Assembly (NCBI GenBank): GCA_944327365.1
Contig: CALVHI010000003.1
Location: 1 to 51,249, forward strand
DNA: 51,249 nucleotides
Direction of reading: 5' to 3'
DNA from: an uncultured Bacilli bacterium
GTDB taxonomy: Bacteria > Bacillota_I > Bacilli_A > RF39 > UBA660
A model generated the notes under the pieces. That model was not told where the DNA came from and made no database searches. It saw only the letters and a list, made by a program, of their open reading frames with translations. Shown in pieces: positions 10,039-19,115 of the stretch. Numbering within the stretch: position 1 is the first letter of the stretch; each line of letters begins with the position of its first letter. Both the position numbers and the translations under genes were made by a program.

Positions 10039-10095
10039 AGATATTACTTTTCGAAATCGTTAATACTTATAATATTAGATTGAAATCGAAAAAAA

Positions 10096-10131
10096 ATATA
10101 TGTACCTGAGTAATACCTGTAGTACATATTT
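10096..10131 (-). terminator. Probable terminator downstream of the LtaS-family gene
   Basis: aatatatgtac..gtacatatt inverted repeat flanked by A and T runs. Confidence 0.5.
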
Positions 10132-10178
10132 TTATTTTATTCTATTTTAACAAAGATATTTACCCTCTTTTTACCAGT

Positions 10179-12113
10179 TTATTTTAATATATATTCATAC
10201 ATATTATATTTAATTATATTAGCACTTAATGTAAAACGATTCTGGACAATTTGGTTTATATCTCTTATATATTCTTCAACATTTTCTAGTGTTTGTCCTT
10301 CTTTTAAAGTTAAATTTCCTTTTGTATAAGTTCCATAATCGCTTACCCAACTGTGATCAGAGAATATTGCTAACCCGGGGGTATCACTTAATATATCTTT
10401 TCCAACAATTAATCTTGAATCATATTCTACACCAAATAAATTTAGAAGAGTTGGTAAGACATCAATCTGACTGCCAACTTTATCTACTTCAACAGTTTCT
10501 ATCTCACTATTCCAAAGAATAAAATTACTGCGATTTACTTCTATTTTTTCATCACGTTCATAATCACTTAATTCATTTACCTCATCAATTGTTAAAGTAT
10601 ATGGGTAGTGATCTCCTACTAAAGCAATTACAGTATCTTCTAAAATTCCCTTTGCTTCTAAACCATCAATTAAAGCTTCTAGGGCTTTATCTAATTCAAT
10701 TTGCGTTGCTAAATAAGCTTTAACATTGTTTGAATATGGTAAGTCTTTTACATATTGGATATTTTTTAAAGCAATAGAGTTTCCAGTAGAATTATAGGCA
10801 TAGGGCGCATGACCTGACACCGTTACATAATAAGTTACAAATGGTGTGTTATCTTGATATAATGGTAAGGTTTGATTAATCATGTCTATATCGCTTGGAA
10901 GCCAACTACAATTAATTAAATCCTCCATACCATTTCCACAGCCCATATAAGAAGTAAATCCTAATGTTTCCATGGTCTTTTGTCTACTGTAATAGGTATA
11001 TGTCCAGTTGTGATAACCATTAGCCGTGTAGCCTAAAGGAGTAAAAGCATTCCCTAAAGCATAAGATATCGTTGGCTCTAACTTTTTCCAATCAGATAAT
11101 ATGGACTGGGTTGGAATAAGTCCCGTCGTTGCTTGAAACTCGCCGCCAGTAGTACTTAAAAATACAGGAGAATAAAAATTATTAAAGACAAAGCCTTCAT
11201 GACTTAATTTATATAAAGTTGGTGTTATTTCTGGATCTACAGCGATCATGTTAAAACCCTCGGCAAGAATAAAAATTAAGTTTTTTCCTTTAAACATGCC
11301 AGTATATTCATTTTTATTGGTAGCATCACTATTTTTAAAATATTCTAACATGTTTTTTATTGTAATATTGGTTTCATTGGCAATTAAAGCATCAAAATCA
11401 ATTGCTATTTCATTATAAGTTGGTACTACTTCTTCCGGCTCTTCCTCTTCGGGAATACTTGGTACATCTGGTTCCTCATTTATTGTTAATTTTTCTTCAA
11501 AGCCAAATAATACCCTTTTAATATCTAGCCTTGTGTAAGTAAACAAGCCAAAAGTTTCCACTGTTTTAGATTCACTATTAATATTATAATATAGATTATA
11601 AGCTGAATAGGTATCATTTTTATTTATGTTTAAACATAATAAGGAAATTATCCATATTAAAATAGTAGCAATAAAACATATTAATATCTTCTTTAGACTC
11701 GTTCTTTCAAAATTTATATGATGATGGAATATAATTAAAAGGATAATTGGTAGCAAATAAAGAATTACTACCCATATGTTTTTTATGACAATATCAAATA
11801 TAATGTTGGCAAAATCAAGAGCATTGTTCGCTAAATTAAGTGTATTAAAAGAAAAGATACTACTGAATAATTTATGAAAGAAAAATTGAAAACAATAATA
11901 GAAAATAAAGATAAAACTAATTATATAAGTAGTTATAATATTTCCTTTCTTCTTAAATAGATTGGTTAAAAGATATAAAATTAGGATAATTGGTATACTA
12001 AAAAGAAGCGTTGAGAAAATACCTGATATGCTCTTTGTAACAAATATTTTTGTTAGTGCTTCTAAATAAAGGATTAGAAAACTTAAGTAAAATATAATTC
12101 TAAACTTCTTCAT
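10179..12113 (-). CDS. LTA synthase (LtaS) family sulfatase-fold protein
   Basis: Five N-terminal TMs; KNLIFILAEG, STTGGEF (catalytic Thr), SGHAPY, GDHYPY, QIDVLPTLLNLFG. Confidence 0.9.
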   Translation of the reverse strand: MKKFRIIFYLSFLILYLEALTKIFVTKSISGIFSTLLFSIPIILILYLLTNLFKKKGNIITTYIISFIFIFYYCFQFFFHKLFSSIFSFNTLNLANNALDFANIIFDIVIKNIWVVILYLLPIILLIIFHHHINFERTSLKKILICFIATILIWIISLLCLNINKNDTYSAYNLYYNINSESKTVETFGLFTYTRLDIKRVLFGFEEKLTINEEPDVPSIPEEEEPEEVVPTYNEIAIDFDALIANETNITIKNMLEYFKNSDATNKNEYTGMFKGKNLIFILAEGFNMIAVDPEITPTLYKLSHEGFVFNNFYSPVFLSTTGGEFQATTGLIPTQSILSDWKKLEPTISYALGNAFTPLGYTANGYHNWTYTYYSRQKTMETLGFTSYMGCGNGMEDLINCSWLPSDIDMINQTLPLYQDNTPFVTYYVTVSGHAPYAYNSTGNSIALKNIQYVKDLPYSNNVKAYLATQIELDKALEALIDGLEAKGILEDTVIALVGDHYPYTLTIDEVNELSDYERDEKIEVNRSNFILWNSEIETVEVDKVGSQIDVLPTLLNLFGVEYDSRLIVGKDILSDTPGLAIFSDHSWVSDYGTYTKGNLTLKEGQTLENVEEYIRDINQIVQNRFTLSANIIKYNMYEYILK

Positions 12114-12212
12114 TTTTTCACCTTATGAATATTATATCAAATTTTTGATTTTTTTTACAGAATAAACTTCCTTTTTAAGCAATATTTGTGTATAATTTTG
12201 TCAGGTGATTAG

Positions 12213-12644
12213 ATGTTTAAAAATATATGGGATCTTTATCTTAGATATCAAGAAATTATTAATTATTTAATTGTAGGAGGACTTACCACTGTTATTAGTT
12301 TGGCTGTAAAATATGGACTTTTATTTACAATATTGGATGCCAGTGATGCAGTAGAATTGCAAGTAGCTATTATTAGTTCTTGGATTATAGCAGTCGCTTT
12401 TGCTTATTTTGCTAATCGTATTTTTGTCTTTCATTCTAATTCAAAACAATATTTGAAAGAGGTTAGTGGGTTTGTCGCTGGTAGAATTGCTACTTTAATT
12501 ATGGAAATGGTTATTATGTGGTTCTTCGTTACATTACTTGGTTTAGATAGTAATTTATGGGTTATTATTTGGACAATTGTGGCACAAATACTTGTTGTAA
12601 TTGGTAATTATATTATTAGTAAATTATTTGTGTTTAAAAAATAA
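12213..12644 (+). CDS. GtrA family flippase
   Basis: YLIVGGLTTVI, FAYFANRIFVF and NYIISKLFVFKK; four TMs. Confidence 0.93.
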   Translation: MFKNIWDLYLRYQEIINYLIVGGLTTVISLAVKYGLLFTILDASDAVELQVAIISSWIIAVAFAYFANRIFVFHSNSKQYLKEVSGFVAGRIATLIMEMVIMWFFVTLLGLDSNLWVIIWTIVAQILVVIGNYIISKLFVFKK

Positions 12645-12754
12645 TTTTTCAAGCCTTAAGTCGTATAGATTTAAGTTTTTTTATAGTTTTAATGTTCGCT
12701 TGTTTTTATATGGTTTCAGTGTTAGAATATAATTGCTTTAGAAAGGGGATTATC

Positions 12755-12919
12755 ATGGATGAATTTATTAAATATCTTTTAGTAACTGACCAACTTGATG
12801 AAGTATTTTGGGGTAAAGAAAAGGAAGCAGAAGATGAGGAAGTTTTGAAAAGAACTTTAAGAAAAAAAGATGATAAAGAAGATGATAGTCATAAAAATTC
12901 TGGTTCATTTACAAAATAA
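12755..12919 (+). CDS. Small charged hypothetical protein (54 aa)
   Basis: ATG 12755 with GAAAGGGG RBS; TTGTTT-17-TAGAAT promoter upstream; likely cotranscribed with uvrB. Confidence 0.6.
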   Translation: MDEFIKYLLVTDQLDEVFWGKEKEAEDEEVLKRTLRKKDDKEDDSHKNSGSFTK

Positions 12920-12937
12920 TTAGGAAAGGAGTTTTTT

Positions 12938-14884
12938 ATGTTTGAGTTAATATCGAAATATAAACCTAGTGGAGATCAACCACAAGCGATTGAAAAATTA
13001 GTTAAAGGGATTAAAGAAGGCAAAAAAGAACAAGTTTTACTGGGTGCTACAGGTACAGGTAAAACGTTTACGGTTGCTAATGTTATTAAGGAAGTGAATA
13101 AGCCTACTCTTGTTTTAGCTCATAATAAAACTTTAGCAGGTCAACTCTATTCAGAATTAAAAGAATTATTTCCAAATAATCATGTCGAATACTTTGTTTC
13201 GTATTACGATTATTACCAACCAGAAGCCTATGTTCCCTCAAGTGATACTTATATTGAAAAAGATGCATCTATTAATGATGAAATTGATGAGTTGAGACAT
13301 AGTGCTACTAGCGCTTTAATTAATTATAAAGATGTTATTGTGGTTGCTAGTGTATCTTGTATTTATGGTATTGGTGAGAAAGAAGAATATGAAAAATCTA
13401 TGCTTATTTTAAATGTAGGGCAAAAAATAAAGAGAAATGATATTATTAATCATTTGGTTGATATGACTTATGAGAGAAATGATATTGATTTTCATCGGGG
13501 GACATTTAGAAGCCGGGGGGATATTATTGATGTTATTCCGGCAAATGAACATGCTCATGGAATTAGGATTCTACTTTTTGGTGATGAAATTGATAGAATT
13601 TGTACGTTTGACCCTGTAACCGGTGTTGTTGTTAGCGATAAAAAGACAATTACCATTTCTCCGGCTTCTCACTTTGTTACGAGCCCAGAAAAGTTAGAGG
13701 AAGCAATTAGAAGAATTCAAGCTGAACTTGATGAACGTCTTAAAGAACTGAAAAGTGAAGGAAAGTTATTAGAAGAGCAAAGGCTTCGCGAGAGAACTAA
13801 TTATGATATTGAAATGCTTAAGGAAACTGGTTTTTGTAATGGCGTTGAAAATTATTCTAGACACCTTGCTTTACGTGGCGCTGGGGAAACTCCTACTTGT
13901 TTAATCGACTTTTTTCCGAAAGATTTTTTACTTGTTGTAGATGAATCCCATGTTACTTTACCACAAGTTAGAGGTATGTATAATGGGGATAGAATGCGGA
14001 AGCAAACTTTGGTAGATTATGGATTTCGTCTTCCTAGTGCTCTTGATAACAGACCTTTAAACTTTCAAGAGTTTGAAAGTAAAATTAATCAAGCTATATA
14101 TGTTTCTGCCACACCTGGTGATTATGAACTTGAACATACGCACGGAGAATACGTCGAACAAATTATCAGACCAACTGGTTTACTTGACCCAACAATTGAA
14201 GTTAAGCCAACTGAAGGCCAAATTGATGATATTATTGCAGAAATACGCTTGCGGATTGAAAAAAATGAACGTGTTTTAGTTACAACTCTTACGATTCGGA
14301 TGAGTGAAGAATTAACCAATTATTTAAAAGAAATGGGTATTAAAGTGGCATACTTACATAGTGAAATTAAAACACTGGAACGTCTTAAAATTATTCGTGA
14401 ACTAAGGCTTGGTGTCTATGATTGTGTTGTTGGTATCAACTTGCTTCGTGAAGGTCTTGATATCCCAGAAGTTAGTTTAATTTGTATTTTGGATGCGGAT
14501 AAGCAAGGATTCTTACGTAGTGAGCGAAGTCTTATTCAAACGATTGGACGTTGTGCTAGAAATCAAAATGGTCATGTTATCATGTATGCTGATACAATGA
14601 GCGAAGCGATGGATGCCGCCATTAAAGAAACGGCACGTCGTCGGGAAATACAAGAGCAATATAACACAGAACATCATATTATTCCTAAAACAATTTCCAA
14701 AGAAATTAAAGAAGTTGTTTCTAATGAAATTGAGAATAAAGCTCAAAAACCTAAGATGAGTAAGAAAGAAAAAGAAAATATTTTGGCAACTTTAGAAGAA
14801 GAAATGAGGGAAGCTGCTCGTAATCTTGATTTTGAGCGAGCTATGGAACTTCGTGATATCTTGCTTGAAATGAAAAGTAATTAG
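12938..14884 (+). CDS. uvrB: Excinuclease ABC subunit B
   Basis: [41 protein letters not shown]; C-terminal UVR domain. Confidence 0.99.
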   Translation: MFELISKYKPSGDQPQAIEKLVKGIKEGKKEQVLLGATGTGKTFTVANVIKEVNKPTLVLAHNKTLAGQLYSELKELFPNNHVEYFVSYYDYYQPEAYVPSSDTYIEKDASINDEIDELRHSATSALINYKDVIVVASVSCIYGIGEKEEYEKSMLILNVGQKIKRNDIINHLVDMTYERNDIDFHRGTFRSRGDIIDVIPANEHAHGIRILLFGDEIDRICTFDPVTGVVVSDKKTITISPASHFVTSPEKLEEAIRRIQAELDERLKELKSEGKLLEEQRLRERTNYDIEMLKETGFCNGVENYSRHLALRGAGETPTCLIDFFPKDFLLVVDESHVTLPQVRGMYNGDRMRKQTLVDYGFRLPSALDNRPLNFQEFESKINQAIYVSATPGDYELEHTHGEYVEQIIRPTGLLDPTIEVKPTEGQIDDIIAEIRLRIEKNERVLVTTLTIRMSEELTNYLKEMGIKVAYLHSEIKTLERLKIIRELRLGVYDCVVGINLLREGLDIPEVSLICILDADKQGFLRSERSLIQTIGRCARNQNGHVIMYADTMSEAMDAAIKETARRREIQEQYNTEHHIIPKTISKEIKEVVSNEIENKAQKPKMSKKEKENILATLEEEMREAARNLDFERAMELRDILLEMKSN

Positions 14885-14905
14885 TTAAGAAACTAATTAT
14901 TTTTT
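14878..14905 (+). terminator. uvrB terminator
   Basis: taattagtt-aaga-aactaatta followed by a T-run. Confidence 0.65.
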
Positions 14906-15495
14906 GTTTATGAAAAAGCGATTGAAAATATAGGCTATTAGTTTATTAAAGAAGCGACTACCTATATTAAAGATTAAAAATAATATTCCTTTTAAATAAA
15001 ATATTTTTAATAATAATTTCAATTTTAGTTTTAAAATGCTTCTTTTGTATATACTGTTATGCTTTTTGTTTATCGCTTTTGCACATATTTTTCCCGTATA
15101 AAGTCCATATCTTAAACCTGATAATGTTAACCAACTGCATCACCAACATAATAAATATTTTTGTTTATTATGCCCTTTCTTATTCCTATCGGTGTATTCT
15201 ATATTTAATTTTTTTAAATATTCTTTAAAAATTTTATTATCATTTAATTTTGGATTATAAACATCTGTTAAGCCAATATTAGTAGTTCCTTTATAGGTAC
15301 TTACCCAGCCATATCCACTTATTCACAATTTTTTGCTTTTCTTCGTATTTATAGAATATTTTGAAATCTTTTATTAAGCTATAATGACACTTGTTGATAT
15401 TTCATCCTAAAGATTCATACTCTTTTTTGTTTTACTTGTAATATATCCGGCATAACATTTGTATCTGGGAATTCCTTTTGTTCTATAATTAAAAA
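14897..15495 (-). pseudogene. Decayed geranylgeranyl-reductase-family FAD oxidoreductase
   Basis: Hand translation gives ordered fragments LIIEQKEF/PRYKCYAGYIT, GYGWVS..TNIGL, YYVGDAVG / LTLSGLRYGLYTGKICAKAI, ending FFINKK*; frameshifts, stops and deletions; no start or GxGxxG. Confidence 0.75.
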
Positions 15496-15524
15496 ACATA
15501 TATGACTTTACACATATGTTTTAT

Positions 15525-16457
15525 CTATATTTTCATATAACACCTTTCTTTTACAAATTTTTTTATTCTTTTTTCGTCTTTGCCTTCATAATATGTAATC
15601 AGTAAATTTTTGAACTCATCTGTTAATTCTGCTGGTATTACTATAATTCCTTTTCCTTTCGAAATTAAATAGTGGTTACTAAACAATACAGATGTTCTTT
15701 TATTACCATCAATAAATAGTTGCTTTTTCATTACATATAATAAAAGTTCTGTTGCTCTATCTATATCATTCATTTCTTGATCAAAAATATTTTTTAAATC
15801 TTCTTTAATAGTACTTTCAATTGGGATGGGTGGTTGCCATTTAGTCCCTCCAATTGTTACAGGAACATTTCTTAAACTTCCAGCAGAATAGTAAAATCCT
15901 TCTTCAATTAATTTGTTTATTTCACATAATAAGGCAAAATCTGTAGGACTTAAAATAACACTTTTATTTAATATAAACTCCCAAGCATGTTTTAGATTTA
16001 CTATTTTCATGATATCGTCTGATGCCATATTATTTACTTTACCACCTTCTATTATACTTTCAGTATCAGCATAAGTAGTTGTAACTCCTTCTAATATAGC
16101 TTGCTTATAAATGGTGTCTACCATATGTCTTTTAGCGAAATCAATATTTCTTTCTACTTCTTCACTTAATTCTTCTTCTATATATTTCAATTCCTTTAAT
16201 CTTTTATTTATCTCTTTTGTTTTTCTTTTTATTTCTTTTGCTCTAACATTATTTTTTAATATTAAATTGTATAGTTCTTCCTGGTATTCTCCCACATATT
16301 TGGTTTGCAGTCTTCCCTCTTCGCGATAATGGATATATAGATATTTGTTATTATCGTTTTCTCTTATTTCTACTGATCCATATGTAAGAGACGATAATTC
16401 GTGTAATAGTGCTTCTTTTTTTTGCAATAGGGATATAATTTCAACTTTTTCTGACAT
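15525..16457 (-). CDS. Fic family protein with N-terminal extension
   Basis: Fic-like motif QLFIDGNKRTS, LRNVPVTIGGT and YKQAILEG; GGAGG RBS. Confidence 0.9.
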   Translation of the reverse strand: MSEKVEIISLLQKKEALLHELSSLTYGSVEIRENDNNKYLYIHYREEGRLQTKYVGEYQEELYNLILKNNVRAKEIKRKTKEINKRLKELKYIEEELSEEVERNIDFAKRHMVDTIYKQAILEGVTTTYADTESIIEGGKVNNMASDDIMKIVNLKHAWEFILNKSVILSPTDFALLCEINKLIEEGFYYSAGSLRNVPVTIGGTKWQPPIPIESTIKEDLKNIFDQEMNDIDRATELLLYVMKKQLFIDGNKRTSVLFSNHYLISKGKGIIVIPAELTDEFKNLLITYYEGKDEKRIKKFVKERCYMKI

Positions 16458-16476
16458 AATTCCTCCTTATAAATAT

Positions 16477-16586
16477 GTGAAACTTTTTGGCTAAAATGTT
16501 ATATTTTTGTTTCACAATTATATTATAACACAAAGCATTAAAAAAACGTGAAACTTTTTTTGCTTTATTTACACATTTTGTTTCAC
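16477..16586. promoter_or_regulatory. Twin GTGAAAC-N25-GTTTCAC sites flanking the Fic promoter
   Basis: Copies at 16477-16515 and 16548-16586 with identical spacing; extended -10 TGTTATAAT between them on the minus strand. Confidence 0.65.
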
Positions 16587-16631
16587 ATCTTTTAATTTAG
16601 TGTTTAATATATTATTCATTAAAACGATAGG

Positions 16632-17549
16632 TTATTTTAAAAATCCTTTAATAATAACTTCTTCAGCTTCATGTTCATTTAAGCCTAAAGTCATCAATTT
16701 CTTTAATTGTTCGCCGGCAATTTTGCCAATTGCTGCTTCATGAATTAGATTAGCATCAATATTTTTAGCATAAATCTCAGGTATAGCTTTTACACAACCT
16801 TCATCTTTAATAATAGCATCACATTCGATATGGGCATAACATTTGGTATTACCAGTAATGTTTGAGGTAAATTCTTGGTAAGAGGAGCCCTCTGCTACAC
16901 TTCTACTGGTTACATGAACACTTGAATTTTCGCCATTTAGTTCAACAATAAATTCTGTTTTAGCAGTCTCTTTACCCGTTGTAAGGATTTTTTCAGATAT
17001 TTCAAGGGTAGTATTGCTGTCAAGATAAGCTTTGGTAATGCGAATCGTGTCATCTACTCCTTTTATTTGGATGCTGTCCATCGTCATTGAAGTGTTATCT
17101 TTCATATATATTTCAGTTGTAGGATTAAGGGTCTTTTTGCCCTTTCCTTTTCCTTTGCCATAGTGCTTTTCAACATATTTCACTTTAGCACCTTCATCAA
17201 GATAAAAACGATGAATACCATCATGTTCTGAATCTTTGTGTTTATCATTATGGATTCCACAGCCAGCAAAAATGATGACGTTCGCATTTTTTCCAATATG
17301 AAAATCATTATAGACTACGTCTGTTAAACCACTTTCGGTAATAATAACTGGGATGTGAACGATTCCAAAAAGAGTATTTTCTTTGACATAAATATCAATG
17401 CCACTTTTATCTTCTTTGGTTACAATACTAATATAATCATTTACTTTTCGCTTAATACTCTCACCATTTTTTCTGATGTTATAAACTTCGGCATTCTCAT
17501 TAAATGTATCACTAATTTCACTCAATAATTCTTTATCTGTATTATTCAT
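16632..17549 (-). CDS. SufB/SufD family Fe-S scaffold (SmsB-like)
   Basis: AGCGIHN, HDGIHRF, YVEKHYG, HIECDAII, LIHEAAIGKIAGEQLKKLMTLGL. Confidence 0.9.
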   Translation of the reverse strand: MNNTDKELLSEISDTFNENAEVYNIRKNGESIKRKVNDYISIVTKEDKSGIDIYVKENTLFGIVHIPVIITESGLTDVVYNDFHIGKNANVIIFAGCGIHNDKHKDSEHDGIHRFYLDEGAKVKYVEKHYGKGKGKGKKTLNPTTEIYMKDNTSMTMDSIQIKGVDDTIRITKAYLDSNTTLEISEKILTTGKETAKTEFIVELNGENSSVHVTSRSVAEGSSYQEFTSNITGNTKCYAHIECDAIIKDEGCVKAIPEIYAKNIDANLIHEAAIGKIAGEQLKKLMTLGLNEHEAEEVIIKGFLK

Positions 17550-18249
17550 GATTACCTCCTTTTGGACAAATCGGAGATAAAATGCTTTCTAACATCGTAT
17601 CTTTCGTTCCTACCTCTTTAATTTGCCCTGCTTCTAATAAAATGATAGCATCGGCGATAGATAGTATCCGCTCTTGATGGGAAATCACAATAGTTGTTCC
17701 TTTTTTCTTCATACCAATCTCTTTAAATATTCCTGTTAAATATTTAAAACTCCATAAATCAATTCCGGCTTCTGGTTCATCAAAGATGGATATATTGGGA
17801 TTTCTTGCAATGACACTGGCTATTTCAATTCTTTTTAATTCACCACCAGATAAAGAATTGTTTAGTTCTCTATCGATGTATTCTTTGGCACATAATCCTA
17901 CTTTAGACAAAATATTACAAGCTTCCTTTTTTTCTACCGCTTTTCCTGTAGCAATTTTGAGTAAATCATATACTGTTAATCCTTTAAAGGTTACAGGAGT
18001 CTGAAAAGCAAAACCAATTCCTAACTTAGCTCGTTCATCTATGCTTAATTTAGTAATATCTTTTCCATTATAAATGATAGAACCACTATCGGGAATAGTA
18101 AGACCTATGATTATTTTGGCAAGCGTTGATTTGCCACTGCCATTAGGACCTGTTATACAATAGAATTTATTATCATCTAAAGTTAAATTTATATTATTTA
18201 AGATAACTTTGTTGTTTCTTTTGAAATTTATATTTTTTAGTTCTAACAT
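17542..18249 (-). CDS. sufC: SufC-like ABC ATPase (SmsC-like)
   Basis: GPNGSGKST, LSGGELKRIE and FDEPEAGIDLWSF; overlaps the SufB-like gene. Confidence 0.85.
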   Translation of the reverse strand: MLELKNINFKRNNKVILNNINLTLDDNKFYCITGPNGSGKSTLAKIIIGLTIPDSGSIIYNGKDITKLSIDERAKLGIGFAFQTPVTFKGLTVYDLLKIATGKAVEKKEACNILSKVGLCAKEYIDRELNNSLSGGELKRIEIASVIARNPNISIFDEPEAGIDLWSFKYLTGIFKEIGMKKKGTTIVISHQERILSIADAIILLEAGQIKEVGTKDTMLESILSPICPKGGNHE

Positions 18250-18263
18250 ATTTTTCCTTTCTA

Positions 18264-18310
18264 TGAGTTTTAACTCACGTTAATTATATTATTCCCATCT
18301 TTAATTGTCA
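18264..18310 (-). promoter_or_regulatory. sigma-A promoter of the sufC operon with palindromic operator
   Basis: TTGACA..TATAAT on the minus strand, then TGAGTT-N2-AACTCA (18264-18277) just before the RBS. Confidence 0.6.
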
Positions 18311-18388
18311 AGAAGTTCGATTTTTATTGGCTTTTAGACAAGTTAGTGTTATAATTAGCTTTAGTCAAGGTTTATAGGAGGTGGAGAA

Positions 18389-18496
18389 TTGAAAACTTAT
18401 AAAGCTAATTTACCAAAGGGTGTTAAGAAAACTTTTGCTAGAAAAAAAGGAGTTAAAGTTAGACTTATTAATAAAAATTTAAAGAAAAATAAATAG
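18389..18496 (+). CDS. Small Lys-rich protein (35 aa, MKTYKANLPKGVKKTFARKKGVKVRLINKNLKKNK)
   Basis: TTG start, AGGAGGT RBS, TTGGCT-17-TATAAT promoter with TG extension, terminator hairpin right after the stop. Confidence 0.65.
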   Translation: MKTYKANLPKGVKKTFARKKGVKVRLINKNLKKNK

Positions 18497-18499
18497 ATG

Positions 18500-18536
18500 A
18501 AATGTTGAATTATTAAGAATTATCAACATTTTTTTT
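18500..18536. terminator. Terminator between the small ORF and the GatD-like gene
   Basis: aaatgttga (18500-18508) / tcaacattt (18523-18531) followed by a T-run. Confidence 0.55.
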
Positions 18537-19115
18537 ATGTGTTAATAAAGAGATGAAATAATGATTTAGATTATCATTTCTTGCTAAGATTGGGCCAATA
18601 ATTGTAGTTGCATAAAAGTTCTTTTCTTTGTATCCTTCTAGTTGAGTATTATTATTACCGCATCCTTCTTCTATATTAAATAGAATATTTTTAGTAGATG
18701 CAATCTGATACTCCGTGTTTTGAAATCCTTTGATCACGCCTTTACATAGAGAAGTAGTTGCTAAAACATCATGGACTTGTCTTTTTTCACAATACTTTAT
18801 CTCATATAATTCTAAAAAATCTAATATATAAGTAGCATTCCCTGTGGCTAGTAAAATACCATTATTTTCTATGTAACTTAGTATTTCTTTTTTATAGAGA
18901 AATAAACGCTTTTTTACTTCTTCTAGATATTTAGGCCTTCCACTTCCTATATAAACTAAGTCATATTTAGAAAATTCTAATTTATCTTCTTTATCAATTA
19001 ATACGATCTTATATTTTATGTTTTGCTTATTTAATTCATAAATTAGCGCTTTTATATTACCATTTTCCCCATATAGTGATAATTCATAGGGGTAAAGATG
19101 GGCAATTGTTAACAT
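18513..19115 (-). CDS. GatD/CobQ-like amidotransferase subunit, catalytic residues substituted
   Basis: IAHLYPYELSLYGENGNI N-terminus and GPILARN C-terminus; nucleophile Cys and catalytic His positions not conserved. Confidence 0.82.
   Translation of the reverse strand: MLTIAHLYPYELSLYGENGNIKALIYELNKQNIKYKIVLIDKEDKLEFSKYDLVYIGSGRPKYLEEVKKRLFLYKKEILSYIENNGILLATGNATYILDFLELYEIKYCEKRQVHDVLATTSLCKGVIKGFQNTEYQIASTKNILFNIEEGCGNNNTQLEGYKEKNFYATTIIGPILARNDNLNHYFISLLTHKKNVDNS

Noticed and set aside
12684-12698. LexA box before the uvrB unit
   Set aside because: Only a GTTCG half-site is present
16477-16586. CRISPR mini-array reading of the 39-bp repeats
   Set aside because: Only two copies, divergent in the middle; no cas genes; the apparent spacer is the promoter
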